Shown: positions 29,815 to 41,258, counted from the first letter of the stretch. The stretch is DNA of 64,000 nucleotides from Clostridia bacterium (GCA_900753165.1 CAADYC010000089.1:13371-77370); one strand, 5' to 3'. Numbers and translations: made by a program. Notes: generated by a model from the sequence alone, not told the origin.

Positions 29815-30376
29815 ATATCCAAAATTTGCACAAGTAGAAGATAGAAAATATAAAATAAATACAAACTATAAAGTTGCATTATCTTGTAACAAAATAGCAA
29901 AAAGTAATGTGTCTGAAGAAGAAAGAGCACTTGCAATAATTTACTTGCTTTTTGGGGATAAAGGGTTAAACAATTCACAAGATTGGAATGATTTGTTGCA
30001 AATTGCTTTAAAATATCTTAATTGCAATAAAAAAAATGAAAATAATATAGAAAATAAAGAAGTTGATATGGATTATGAACAAGATTGGGAGTATATAAAG
30101 ACTTCTTTTTTTTATGACTATAAAATTAGATTAAATGAAAAAAGATATATGCATTGGTGGGAATTTTATAATTTATTATGTGGATTAAGTGACAAATGTA
30201 TTTTAAATAGAATTAGATTTGTTAGAAATTTTGATGTAAGTGAAATTAAAGATAGTAAAGAAAGAGAAAAGTGGATTAGACAAAAAGAAGAAGTTGCATT
30301 AAAACATGAAAACAATAAATCTTTAGAAGAAGAAAGACTAGATAAACTCTTCAAAGAACAAATGAAAGGAGAGTGA
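29807..30376 (+). CDS. Tail assembly chaperone-like / hypothetical
   Basis: Overlaps the previous gene, just before TMP. Confidence 0.35.
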   Translation: MNKYPKFAQVEDRKYKINTNYKVALSCNKIAKSNVSEEERALAIIYLLFGDKGLNNSQDWNDLLQIALKYLNCNKKNENNIENKEVDMDYEQDWEYIKTSFFYDYKIRLNEKRYMHWWEFYNLLCGLSDKCILNRIRFVRNFDVSEIKDSKEREKWIRQKEEVALKHENNKSLEEERLDKLFKEQMKGE

Positions 30377-30380
30377 TAAT

Positions 30381-32537
30381 TTGGATGGATATTTAAAAAT
30401 AAAAACAAAAATAGATAATTCGGGAGTAGATAAAGATATTTCAGAATTAGAAAATAAAATAAAAAAGTTACAGACAGACAATTCGAATAAGAGTCAAGAA
30501 GCAGATATTATGCAAAGAGAAATAGAGAATTATGAAAAAATGCAACAAAAAGCAGATGAATATAAATCAAAAATAAATATACTTAATAAAGAAAGACAAA
30601 ATATGTTTTCTGGAAATATTACTAAAAAATTGAGTAATGAGCAATTACCTGAATATGGAAGAATTACAACAGAGTTAGAAAGTGTAAGAAATAAATATAT
30701 TCAAACAACAAGTGAAATAGATAAACAACAACCTAAAATAGAAAAAATGTATATAAATCTAAGTAAAATAAAAGCAAAACAAAGCGAAAACAATACAAAA
30801 ATTGCTGAATACAAATCAAAAATAGATCAGATAAAAACAGATAGTATACAAAACTCTTTAAGTGGAATAGGAAATAAATTAACAGGGCAAATAAGCACAA
30901 TTGGAAAAATGGCAATGGCTGTGCTTGGGATAAGAACTGCCTGGGGAGCAGTAAGGAGTGCTATTAGTATGGTGTCTCAATATAATAAACAAGTTTCAAC
31001 TGATTTTGATTACATGAGATATTGTATAGCAAGTATGTTAGCTCCTGCTATTCAGGGACTAATAAAACTATTATATACTGTATTAAGCTATGTTAATGCG
31101 ATATCGAGTGCTTGGTTTGGAATAAATTTATTTGGTAATGCAAGTGTGAAAAATTTTAAAAAAATGCAAAGTAGTGCAGGAGGAACAGCAAAATCAGCAA
31201 AAGAAATTCAAAAATCTTTACAAGGATTTGATGAAATGAATGTTTTACAGGATAATTCAAACAAAGATAATTCTGGAAGTAATGGAGGAGTATCGTTACC
31301 AAGCATGGACTTGAGCGGAATACAGGGAGATGTACCAAAGTGGTTACAGTGGATAATAGATAACAAAGACATAGTAATAGCTGCTTTGGCAGGTATGTTA
31401 GCAGGATTATTAGCATTAAAGCTTGGGTTTACGGGAATAGAATCATTAGGAATTGGTATTATGGTGGCAGGAATTGTTCTACTAATAGAAAATATTATTA
31501 AACTTATAAAGGACCCAAGTTGGGAAAATTTTTCTAATGTATTACTTAGTTTATCACTTGTAGTAGCAGGATTAGCGCTTGCAATTGGTGGCACATTAGG
31601 AGTGACTTTGGCAGGTATAGCATCATTGATAGCAGGAGTAGCACTTATCATACAAGGAGTTGTAGCGTATCTAAAAGATCCAACATGGAAGAATTTTGGA
31701 ACAATTTTAGCAGGAATAGCGGTAGTTGTTGGAGCTGTATTACTATTAATTGGAGGGATACCAGCTTTAATAACTGGACTTATATTATTAATTGCTGCAA
31801 TAGGACTAGCTATTTATAAACATTGGGATGAAGTGAAAAATGTGTTAGGGCAAGTTGGACAATGGATATATGATAATGTAATAACTCCAATTGGAAACTT
31901 TATGAAAGCGCTTATTGACTCAATAATATCAAATTTTAAATTTTTATTTTCCATAGCTGAAGGGATTTTTACTGCATTGCTTGGAATTATAATTGCACCA
32001 TTTGAAACATTGTGGGATACCGTAAAAAATGTATTCAATGGAGTACAAACAATTCTTCAAGGAATATCAAATGTATTTAAAGGAATATTTACAGGTGATA
32101 TGAAAACAACGTTAGAAGGATTCAAACAAATATTTAAAGGAGTATTTGATTCTTTGTGGTCTATTGCTAAAGCACCATTAAATTTGATTATAAGAGGAAT
32201 AAATTGGTTGATAAAAGGAGCAAATAAAATACACTTTGATACTCCTGATTGGGTACCTGGTATTGGAGGAAAGACTTTTGGAATTAACATACCTCAAATA
32301 CCGCTATTAGCAAAAGGAGGAGTAATATCACAACCAACGCAAGCAATAATAGGAGAAGCAGGAAGGGAAGCAGTAGTCCCACTTGAAAATAATATGGAAT
32401 GGCTAGATATACTAGCTGACAAATTAGCGAACAAAATAGGTACATCAGGAACGAATAATATATATTTAGATGGAAGATTAATACAAAGACAAATTGCAAA
32501 ACATAAGGAACAATTAGCGTTTGCAACTAATAGATAA
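30381..32537 (+). CDS. Tail tape measure protein (TTG start)
   Basis: 718 aa. N-terminal coiled coil, central cluster of TM helices, C-terminal region. Canonical location. Confidence 0.8.
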   Translation: MDGYLKIKTKIDNSGVDKDISELENKIKKLQTDNSNKSQEADIMQREIENYEKMQQKADEYKSKINILNKERQNMFSGNITKKLSNEQLPEYGRITTELESVRNKYIQTTSEIDKQQPKIEKMYINLSKIKAKQSENNTKIAEYKSKIDQIKTDSIQNSLSGIGNKLTGQISTIGKMAMAVLGIRTAWGAVRSAISMVSQYNKQVSTDFDYMRYCIASMLAPAIQGLIKLLYTVLSYVNAISSAWFGINLFGNASVKNFKKMQSSAGGTAKSAKEIQKSLQGFDEMNVLQDNSNKDNSGSNGGVSLPSMDLSGIQGDVPKWLQWIIDNKDIVIAALAGMLAGLLALKLGFTGIESLGIGIMVAGIVLLIENIIKLIKDPSWENFSNVLLSLSLVVAGLALAIGGTLGVTLAGIASLIAGVALIIQGVVAYLKDPTWKNFGTILAGIAVVVGAVLLLIGGIPALITGLILLIAAIGLAIYKHWDEVKNVLGQVGQWIYDNVITPIGNFMKALIDSIISNFKFLFSIAEGIFTALLGIIIAPFETLWDTVKNVFNGVQTILQGISNVFKGIFTGDMKTTLEGFKQIFKGVFDSLWSIAKAPLNLIIRGINWLIKGANKIHFDTPDWVPGIGGKTFGINIPQIPLLAKGGVISQPTQAIIGEAGREAVVPLENNMEWLDILADKLANKIGTSGTNNIYLDGRLIQRQIAKHKEQLAFATNR

Positions 32538-32579
32538 AAAGCTTATCGAAAGATAGGCTTTTTTAGTTAGGAGGAAGAT

Positions 32580-32951
32580 ATGTTTTTAAACAAAGACAGC
32601 TTATATATGGATAATATATCCATGGGAAAGTACTTAACACAAGTAAAATATGGATATCATAAATTATGGAGTAGTGATAGTGGTAGAGCGTTAAGTGGAA
32701 AACAGAGTGGAACATTAATTGGAATTTTTCCTAAATTTACATTAAGTTTTAGAAGTTTAACCGAAAAAGAATTAACATATTTGGCACCACATTTTGATAA
32801 TGCAAGACAAACTATTAAATATATAGATCCAAATAAAAATAAAGAAATATCAATTGAAACTTATTCAGGAGACTGGGAGATAGTTTATAAAAATATAAAA
32901 AAAGGACAAGCTTTTGATTTATCATTTATTGCAGTAGATAGGAGAAGGTAG
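32580..32951 (+). CDS. Distal tail component (small)
   Basis: 123 aa following TMP. Confidence 0.4.
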   Translation: MFLNKDSLYMDNISMGKYLTQVKYGYHKLWSSDSGRALSGKQSGTLIGIFPKFTLSFRSLTEKELTYLAPHFDNARQTIKYIDPNKNKEISIETYSGDWEIVYKNIKKGQAFDLSFIAVDRRR

Positions 32952-32952
32952 G

Positions 32953-35485
32953 ATGAAGGAAATAACTAATAAATTTAAAAAAGAAATTACTTCTTATGGA
33001 AGAATGTTAGATACAGTAATTACATATACCATAGACGATAAAGAATATTTTTTGGATAGTGATACTCTTTTCTCTGTCACTCCACATTTTGAGGGAAATA
33101 TTTTAAAATCTGTAATGAAACAATTAGACATAGAATCTTCAGAGGCTATACCTAAAAATACTATAATTAATGTTAAATTTGGTGTACAAGTAGATTTAAG
33201 TTTGACAGTAGCAGAAGTACATAATATGAAAGTAAACAGGTTTAATTCATTACCTATTAATTTATTGACACCAGGACTAAAAGGGTTTGAATATATAAAT
33301 TTAGGAGACTATATAGTATCAAAAGAACCAGATTATAATGCGGATTCTATAAGTTATAGTCATGTATGTTATGATATGATGTTATATTCTATGAAAGATT
33401 ATGAAAAAATGAATATTACATTTCCTCTAACAGTAAAAAATTATATTAAAAAAATATGTGATTTTTTAGGGCTAACTTTTGCAAATTATAATGATACATT
33501 TGTAAATTGTGATAAACAATTAACAGAAGATTATTATTTGGGTTATGACTATACCTTCAGAGATGTTTTAGATGAATTAGCACAAGTTACAGCTTCTACT
33601 ATATGTATAAATTCTAAAAACGAATTAGAAATAAGATATATATCAGAAGAAAGTGTAACAGAACTGAATGAAGATTATTTTAAAGATACAAATGTAACAT
33701 TTGATAATGAATACGGGCCAATCAATTCAATAGTATTAAGTAGAAGCGGAGAAAGTGACAATGTTTTTTTACAAGATGAGGATAGTGTTAATAAAAATGG
33801 ATTGTGTGAATTAAAAATAGTAAATAATCAAATAATGAATTATAACAATAGAAGTGAGTATTTGCCAGAGATATTAGGAAAATTAAATGGCTTAAAGTAT
33901 TTTACAAATGATTTTGATAGTTATGGAATATGTTTTTTAGATTTATGTGATAGATACACAGCTAATGTACATGGAAAATTGTATAGCTGTGTTCTTTTTA
34001 ATGATGAAATAAAAATAACACAAGGATTAGAAGAAACAATATACACAGAAATGCCAACTGAAACAAAAACAGATTATGCTAAAGCAGATAAAACAGATCA
34101 AAAAATAAATAAAGCATATATCATTATGGATAAAGTAAATAAAAAATTAGAATCTGTAATAAGTGAAGTTCAAGAAAAATCTGAAAAGTTAACTGAAATA
34201 GAACAAAGTGTTGATAGTATATATCAAAAAGTATCAGACATAGAAGATTTAACAAATGATGTTGAGGGAGTAAAAACAATAACACTTGAAAACTGTGTAG
34301 AAGGCAAATTATTGAATTTACACATATATGGAAACAATACTGTATTTAAGTATTTGTACCCAAACGATACATTATATCCAGGCGATGAACAATATCCAAG
34401 CGGAGATAGCAGAATAGTAGTAAACGACACTGTTTATGAACTAGGTGTATTAGATTTATTAAGACAAAATGACGAAGTATGTGATGAGTTTGTATTAGAA
34501 AATGGTCAAGCAAAAGTAATAAGAAGAGTCAACAAGAGTGGAACAACAAAGGTAAAAGAAAGTGTTGAAGATTTAGGAAAACTTGAAATATTACTAAAAG
34601 AGGGAACTAATACAATAACAAGTCAGAACTATACTGCAAGAATAAAAGCAAAATGGGCAATAAAGAGTGATTACACAGATGTATTGGCAACTAAGGTTGA
34701 AATGAATAGTGAGATAAAACAAACAGCAGATGCAATAAATCTTGAAGTAAGAAAGAAGGTTAACGAAAATGAAGTTATTTCAAAAATTAATCAAAGTGCT
34801 GAACAAATTCAAATTGATGCAAACAAAATTAGCCTTGAACGGTAAAGAAATAAATTTAACAGGAGACAAAATAAATATATTTAGTAATAAATTTAAAGTA
34901 GATAATCAAGGTAATATGGAATGCAATAATGCTCAAATAACAGGTGGAAAAATAAATGTAGGTGCAGATGAAGGTGATATACAAATAAGAGTATATAACA
35001 ATAAATGTGTCAATGAAAATACTTCAATTTATCCAGGTATGATACAAATTCATAGTGATAATGAAACAGGTTATATGATTGATATGGGAATAGCAGAAGG
35101 AGAAGAAAAATTTGGAAGTATGAGATTAGTAAATAGTAGTATATCTTCAGAAACTAAAATTGATGCATATCAAGTTATGTCACCAATTATTTCACAAATA
35201 TCGCTAGAAAAGTATAAAAAGAACTTCGAAAGACTACAAGACAATGCACTTGAAACAATTAAAAATATAGACATATACAAATACAACTTAAAAAGTGAAA
35301 AAGATACAGACAAGAAACATATCGGTTTTGTAATTGGAGATAACTACAACTATTCAAAAGAAGTAACAAGTATAGATAATCAAGGTGTAGATAATTATTC
35401 ATTTACAAGCTTATGTTGTAAGGCAATACAAGAATTATCACAACAAGTTGAAGAATTAAAGAAACAACTAAAGGAGGGAAAATAA
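32953..35485 (+). CDS. Tail fibre / tail-associated protein with C-terminal S74-like intramolecular-chaperone domain; reading frame changes +1 at in-frame CGG 34840-34842
   Basis: 630-aa body ends ..IDANKISLER*. The +1 frame continues GKEINLTGDKINIFSNKFKVDNQGN.. to a C-terminus with DIYKYNL..HIGFVIGDNYNY..SLCCKAIQELSQQVEELKKQL (S74 chaperone-like). Confidence 0.5.
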
Positions 35486-35941
35486 ATGGGATATACAACT
35501 TTTAAAAATAATGGACAACCTGCTTTAAGTGATACAGTATTAAATAATATGCAAGTAGAATTAATGAAACTTGTATTTCCGATTGGTTCTACATATATAA
35601 CACAAGAAAATACAAATCCAAGTACAATACTTAAATTTGGAACTTGGGAAAGATTAAAAGGAAAGGTATGTTTAGGTGTTGATGAAGATGATGAAGATTT
35701 AAAAACAATTGGAAAAACAGGTGGAGAAAAAACACATATATTAACAATAGAAGAAATGCCAGAACACAAGCATGAAATTGCTGCAAGAAATAATAGTGCG
35801 ACAGGATTGTACGAGGTGAAAGCAACAAATGCAACAGGAGATGTTGGTTCTGCTAACACAAAAATAGCAGGTGGAAACAAAGCACATAATAACATGCAAC
35901 CGTACGAGGTAGTAGGTTATATGTGGATAAGGAGGGCATAA
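35486..35941 (+). CDS. Phage tail collar domain protein
   Basis: GKTGGEKTHILTIEEMPEHKHE matches the GG..HTLT..E.P.H.H tail-collar signature. Confidence 0.6.
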   Translation: MGYTTFKNNGQPALSDTVLNNMQVELMKLVFPIGSTYITQENTNPSTILKFGTWERLKGKVCLGVDEDDEDLKTIGKTGGEKTHILTIEEMPEHKHEIAARNNSATGLYEVKATNATGDVGSANTKIAGGNKAHNNMQPYEVVGYMWIRRA

Positions 35942-38091
35942 TGAGTGAAACTGATTTTTTAAAGTTAAAAAAACACGATAATGTAGAAACAAATACAGAA
36001 AAGTTTGATATAGAAAATTACTTAAATGGTAACTGGGATAAGATAGACAAAAATGTGGGCAAAGTTAACACAGACATATCAAACATAAACTCAAAGAATA
36101 AAGAACAAGATACAAATATAGAGCAACTACAAGAAAACACAGAAACATCAAGTAATAAAATAGCAGAACTAGAAAAAGAGTTAAAAGAAGCACAAGAAGA
36201 TTTTTATCAAAACAGCATAAGAGGACAAGCAAGCGGAGAATACATACACGTAGAAGACAGTAGCAACTGCAGAGCAAAAATTGGAATAAGTGGAAATCAC
36301 GAGCAAGAGACGAGAAGTGGAAAGAATAAAATTGAGATTATAAAGACAACAACTACAGTAAATGGATGTACACATACTATTAAGGATGGTACAGATACAT
36401 TAAGTGGTACATCAACAGGATGGGCAAACCTTATAATTTATTCTTTTACTGGTAACGGTAAAACATATACATTAAGTGGTTCACCACAAAGCAGCAAAAA
36501 TATATTTATTTCTGCACATGATAATACACAAAACAAGGATTTAGTAACAAGTAAAAATGGTAATGCTGGAACTTTTGTTGCAACAAGTGGAAATTCTATA
36601 GATATAATTATTTGCGTTGCTCCAAATCTAACATTAGCAAATGAGTTATTTAAGCCACAATTGGAAGAAGGTTCAACTGTTACTGAGTGGGAACAAGGAG
36701 GAGTATCACCTTCACCACACGATCCAAGCAAGATAAAAAGTGTTGGGAGTAATGTTAATTTATTAGAAAATAAAATAACAAGTCAGAAAATAAAGGGCAT
36801 AGATGTAGAAGTGAAAGACAATGGAAAAATAATATTAAATGGAATTGCTACAGAAAATTTTGCACTTGTAATTGGAACAATTAATAAACTTAAAAATATG
36901 ACATTTAGTGGAATGTGTGATGGATATGGATATAATAAGATGATACTTCAGATACAAGGTAAAGACTATAATGTAAATGTAGTCAATTCTAATCAAATAA
37001 CATTATCAGATTTAGATACTGAAGCAACAGTTAGACTGTATATATATAAAGGAACGAGCGTTATAAATGCAATAATAGAACCAAAAATTGTCGAAGGTAC
37101 AGAAGTAGGAGAATACAGCAAATATGGACAAGGCTGTGTTAAAGTAACTAAATGTAATAAGAATATACTTAATATTGAAGATATAGATGAAACAGAAAAA
37201 AGCGGTATAAAATATTCTGTAAAAAATGGTGTACTAAGATTAAATGGAACATCTACTAATACAATTTCTATAAATTTGTTAAAAAACATCAAAATAAAAA
37301 AGGGAAAATATACACATAGTGCTAGTTATATTCAGCTAGAATTGTATATTAGTTTAGACAACATAGCAAATACAATGATAAGTTTACAAAATGGAAAAAA
37401 GATGACATTTGAATTAACAGAAGATAAAGTATATTCAAAATATTTTATCTGGATAGGCAAGGGAACGGTTTTAAATAATGTTGAAATAGAATTGCAATTA
37501 GAACAAGGCTCAACAGAAAGTTCATTCGAACAACACGAAGAACAATCATACATAATGCCAGTTCAAAATGAAATGTTACAAGAAGATTATTTTGACTTTG
37601 ACAATGAAGAAGAAGTGCATACATGGGGAAAATTGGTGTTAAACGGAACAGAGAAAATAGGAATAAGTGGAGCATCAACAGATGAAATACTTGTTGTAGT
37701 TTATGATATAAATAATGCTATTGATGGATTTGGATATAGTAACTGCTTTTTATATTCATCTCAAGTAGCATTAAATAAACTAAATGTCTACAATAATGGG
37801 AAAAACTTAAGAGTTTGTGTAGATAAAAGTAAATTCGTAGATTTAGAATCGTTTAAATCAAAAATAATAGAATTGTATAACGAAGGAACACCAGTTATGA
37901 TTTATTACAAATTACAAACACCAACAAGGCTTGCTTTCACAGACGAACAAAAAGCAGTAGCAAAGGAACTAAACAACGCAAGAACATATAAAAACGTAAC
38001 AAACATAACAACAGATAGTAAAGCAATATTGAGTTTAGACTATGCAAAAGACTTAGAAACATTATTAACCTCAAAAGAAAGTGAGGTGTAG
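35941..38091 (+). CDS. Tail fibre / receptor-binding protein
   Basis: N-terminal coiled coil then long beta-rich region. GGAGGG RBS before ATG 35941. Confidence 0.5.
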   Translation: MSETDFLKLKKHDNVETNTEKFDIENYLNGNWDKIDKNVGKVNTDISNINSKNKEQDTNIEQLQENTETSSNKIAELEKELKEAQEDFYQNSIRGQASGEYIHVEDSSNCRAKIGISGNHEQETRSGKNKIEIIKTTTTVNGCTHTIKDGTDTLSGTSTGWANLIIYSFTGNGKTYTLSGSPQSSKNIFISAHDNTQNKDLVTSKNGNAGTFVATSGNSIDIIICVAPNLTLANELFKPQLEEGSTVTEWEQGGVSPSPHDPSKIKSVGSNVNLLENKITSQKIKGIDVEVKDNGKIILNGIATENFALVIGTINKLKNMTFSGMCDGYGYNKMILQIQGKDYNVNVVNSNQITLSDLDTEATVRLYIYKGTSVINAIIEPKIVEGTEVGEYSKYGQGCVKVTKCNKNILNIEDIDETEKSGIKYSVKNGVLRLNGTSTNTISINLLKNIKIKKGKYTHSASYIQLELYISLDNIANTMISLQNGKKMTFELTEDKVYSKYFIWIGKGTVLNNVEIELQLEQGSTESSFEQHEEQSYIMPVQNEMLQEDYFDFDNEEEVHTWGKLVLNGTEKIGISGASTDEILVVVYDINNAIDGFGYSNCFLYSSQVALNKLNVYNNGKNLRVCVDKSKFVDLESFKSKIIELYNEGTPVMIYYKLQTPTRLAFTDEQKAVAKELNNARTYKNVTNITTDSKAILSLDYAKDLETLLTSKESEV

Positions 38092-38094
38092 ATA

Positions 38095-38382
38095 ATGCAA
38101 GAAATGTTAGAAATGATAAGTAAATTCGGTGTGTCGCTTGTAATAGTTGCATTGTTCTTATATGACTGGTTTACGACAAGAAAAGATATGCAAAAAACAT
38201 TAGAGCAAAACGGTAAGTGTTTAACTGAAATACAAAATACAAATAGAAATACGGCTAAGTCACTTGAACTTTTGCAAAAAAGCATGGACAACCAGTCAGA
38301 GTTTTTGCAAGTGCATGATAAAAGATGTGAAGCGATAGAGAAAGACATCGAAAAAATAGAAATTAGAATGGAGGAAAAATAG
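38095..38382 (+). CDS. BhlA/UviB-like holin
   Basis: 95 aa. N-terminal TM (FGVSLVIVALFLYDWF) then a charged coiled coil. Confidence 0.5.
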   Translation: MQEMLEMISKFGVSLVIVALFLYDWFTTRKDMQKTLEQNGKCLTEIQNTNRNTAKSLELLQKSMDNQSEFLQVHDKRCEAIEKDIEKIEIRMEEK

Positions 38383-38384
38383 TT

Positions 38385-39899
38385 ATGAAAGATAAACAAT
38401 ACAGAAATGTAACTTTAATAATTGTTTCAATTTTGGTAGGATTATTAGGCGGATTTGGATTTTACAATGCAAATAAAGATAAGTCAAATGATGAAATAAT
38501 TAATAGTGCTGTAAATGAAGTGTTAGATTATATTGATAATAAATCTAGTACAGAAATACCAAATCTAACAGAAACAGACGAACAATCATTAGAAGTTCAA
38601 GAAACAGAAGCAGAAGGGTTTGAAGAACAAGGAATAGTAGCATATAATGGTTCAGAAAAAGCACCAAATGTGAATGTTGGAGAATATGCAGGTTTAACAT
38701 ACTATTCTCAATTAGATAGTAGATGGAAAAGTCAAATGTATTCAAGTATAGGAGACACTTCACAAACAATAGGAACATCAGGATGTGGACCAACAAGTGC
38801 TGCAATGGTTGTTTCAAGTATAAAAGGAAATATAACACCAGATTCAATGGCAAATTTATATGTAAATTATGGATATCGTTCAGCAAACCAAGGAACATAT
38901 TGGAGTGCTTTTAAATGGACTGCAGATGTATTTGATATTGGATATAGTGAATGTTATAAATTAGATGATGCAGTAGCAAAATTAAAAGATAATCATTACA
39001 TAATAGCAAGCTGTAATCAAGGATTGTTTACATATGGCGGTCATTTTATAGTTTTAACAGGTGTTGAAGGAGATTATATAAAAGTATATGACCCTTACTT
39101 GTACAACGGTAAATTCGATGTTTCAAGTAGAAGAGGAAAAGCAACAGTTAGTGGTAATACAGTATATGTATCAATAGAAAGCTTTAGAGCATATGCTAAT
39201 TATCAAAAATTCTTCTGTTTTAAAAATGATAGAACAGACATAAAAGAAAATACAACTACAACGGTAGTAACAGACAACACAATATCAAATGTAAATACAG
39301 TAAATTATCAAGTCAAAGTAACTGCAAATGGTGGTTTAAATATAAGAGCTGGAGCAAGTACATCGTATAGTAGAGTTGGTGGATATGCAAAAGGTTCAAT
39401 AGTAACTATATTAGCAGAGTCAAACGGATTTGGGAAAACAGATAGAGGATGGATATCTTTAGCATACACAAGCAGAGACATAAGTACATTAAATACTGTT
39501 CAAACAGTCGGACAAACAAAGAAATTAACTAGAGCTAGTATCTTATATAGTAATTCAAATCTAACAGGTTATAAGTACAATTATAAAGCAAATACAACTA
39601 TAACAATACTACAAAACATATCAAGCAATGTAGATAAAATTAGAGTTAATGTAACAGGTAGAATAGCATATATAAATAACAATAATTATACAAATGTGAC
39701 AGCATCAAAGCCACAAAGCGTGATTAGAAAAACAAAAGCATGTACATTATACTCAAAATCAAATTTGAGCGGTGTAAGATATCAATATAAAGCTAATACT
39801 ACTGTAACAGTTTTACAACATATAAATTCATATGTAGACAAAGTAAGAGTAAATGCAACTGGTAGAATTGCTTATATAAATGTTAATAATTATAGATAA
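38385..39899 (+). CDS. Endolysin: N-terminal signal-anchor, C39-like cysteine peptidase domain, SH3b and two C-terminal repeats
   Basis: TM at residues 10-30. GTSGCGPTSAAMV catalytic-Cys context. SH3b-like GGLNIRAGAST..GWISLAYT. Two ~60-aa repeats (ILYSNSNLTGYKYNYKANTT / TLYSKSNLSGVRYQYKANTT). Confidence 0.75.
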   Translation: MKDKQYRNVTLIIVSILVGLLGGFGFYNANKDKSNDEIINSAVNEVLDYIDNKSSTEIPNLTETDEQSLEVQETEAEGFEEQGIVAYNGSEKAPNVNVGEYAGLTYYSQLDSRWKSQMYSSIGDTSQTIGTSGCGPTSAAMVVSSIKGNITPDSMANLYVNYGYRSANQGTYWSAFKWTADVFDIGYSECYKLDDAVAKLKDNHYIIASCNQGLFTYGGHFIVLTGVEGDYIKVYDPYLYNGKFDVSSRRGKATVSGNTVYVSIESFRAYANYQKFFCFKNDRTDIKENTTTTVVTDNTISNVNTVNYQVKVTANGGLNIRAGASTSYSRVGGYAKGSIVTILAESNGFGKTDRGWISLAYTSRDISTLNTVQTVGQTKKLTRASILYSNSNLTGYKYNYKANTTITILQNISSNVDKIRVNVTGRIAYINNNNYTNVTASKPQSVIRKTKACTLYSKSNLSGVRYQYKANTTVTVLQHINSYVDKVRVNATGRIAYINVNNYR

Positions 39900-39928
39900 A
39901 AAAATGAGGTAAGTTGATTAGTTTCAAT

Positions 39929-40390
39929 TTACCTCTTTTTTTCGTATTTTTCCAGAATTGGTTTAAAGTATTTTTCTTCGGCATCTTTTCGGGCTTTGAT
40001 AGCATCTTGCAAATCGTTAAAATATCCGATATGTTTTGATTTATGATTTACTTGTATTCTTACTCTATATTTACCGTTAATGTAAGAAATGCCAGTGTGT
40101 CCGGTTTTATTATTTTTTTGTGTTTTGTTTTTATAAAATTCTATTTTTTTATTTCTAACAGATTCTAAAGTTAAATTAGAACTTTTACCTTTATTTTTGC
40201 AACTACAACTTGTAATTTCACCACTTAAAACTTGCGTAAAAACTAATTCTTTTATATTTCCACAGTCACATTTAAAAAGAGCGAGCTTAGAATTATTCTT
40301 ATCAAGTTTATTTGAATTTTTTATTAAAGTAAGATGATTAAATCGTTTGCTAATATAATCATCTATGTTATAACCTCTCATTTTTACCAT
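39929..40390 (-). CDS. AP2-domain DNA-binding protein (HNH-associated type)
   Basis: GISYINGKYRVRIQVNHKSKHIGYFNDLQDAIKARKDAEEKY is an AP2-like domain. CxC/CxC N-terminal region. Confidence 0.55.
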   Translation of the reverse strand: MVKMRGYNIDDYISKRFNHLTLIKNSNKLDKNNSKLALFKCDCGNIKELVFTQVLSGEITSCSCKNKGKSSNLTLESVRNKKIEFYKNKTQKNNKTGHTGISYINGKYRVRIQVNHKSKHIGYFNDLQDAIKARKDAEEKYFKPILEKYEKKR

Positions 40391-40563
40391 TCGCTTTCAT
40401 AATAGTTATTTCTTTTTTTACATCATCATAAATTAATTTTACTTGTCTGTTTTTTTCATCAATTCCGCATATCTTTTAGTATAGAAGAAGGGAGAGTAAG
40501 CCTTTTGGTTATACTTCCACTTCCTGCTTTATTAAAAGATACATTTAATAATCTTTCTTCCAT
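40368..40563 (-). CDS. AbrB/SpoVT-like small regulator, interrupted at in-frame CGG (plus-strand 40465-40467)
   Basis: MEERLLNVSFNKAGSGSITKRLTLPSSILKDM then, +1, GIDEKNRQVKLIYDDVKKEITIMKANGKNERL, a swapped-hairpin-like pattern. GGAGGA RBS. Confidence 0.45.
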
Positions 40564-40571
40564 AGATCCTC

Positions 40572-41054
40572 CTATTTTATTATATTTAATATTTTTTCAA
40601 TTTTATTTTCAATATCATCATCATATAAAATATCTGTTATTTTATTAGAATTACCTTGCCATAAAATTTTATTACATTTTGCAACAGTTTCTCCGTCATG
40701 ACCTGTTTCAATTTCTTCACCTTCAAAAAATGTAACTATTTCTCTTTCAGTTATATGCCCATAACGGCAAGCAAAATCTATTCCATCTTCTGTTAGTTCA
40801 AAACAGCTACAACCATCTAAAGTCCAATTATCTTCTATATATTCTTTTTTTAGTTTATTGTATTCTTCTATAAATTTATCAGTATCTTCAATTTCATTTA
40901 CAATCTTGTTATATCTATTTAAATAATAGTTATCAACACGTCCCTCTTCAAATTCAAAATCGACCATTGTCATTGCGTCATCACCGTATAAAACTGATTT
41001 GTGTTCTGTACCTTTAAAATCTTTTTTATCACAATCAAATCTAAAATATATCAT
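40572..41054 (-). CDS. Hypothetical acidic protein
   Basis: Start chosen at MIYFRF with a GAGAGGT RBS. 160 aa. Confidence 0.45.
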   Translation of the reverse strand: MIYFRFDCDKKDFKGTEHKSVLYGDDAMTMVDFEFEEGRVDNYYLNRYNKIVNEIEDTDKFIEEYNKLKKEYIEDNWTLDGCSCFELTEDGIDFACRYGHITEREIVTFFEGEEIETGHDGETVAKCNKILWQGNSNKITDILYDDDIENKIEKILNIIK

Positions 41055-41258
41055 ATTAATTACCTCTCTTTCATTTGTTAAATATATTATATATGACGTA
41101 ACGTCAAAAGTCAATACCTTTTTCAAAAAAGTTAAAAAATTTTTGAAATGGCTGAAAATACTGAAAAATCAAGGTATATAATTACATTGATTAAAAAATA
41201 AAACGGCTTAAAATTGATTCTAAAAGCTCCATTTTTGGCTAAAAATAAGCATTTTTTA

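Noticed and set aside
31208-32526. Several minus-strand ORFs (31208-31651, 32057-32290, 32284-32526) inside the tape measure gene
   Set aside because: Fully contained antisense to a 718-aa TMP with clear architecture. Repetitive hydrophobic translations.
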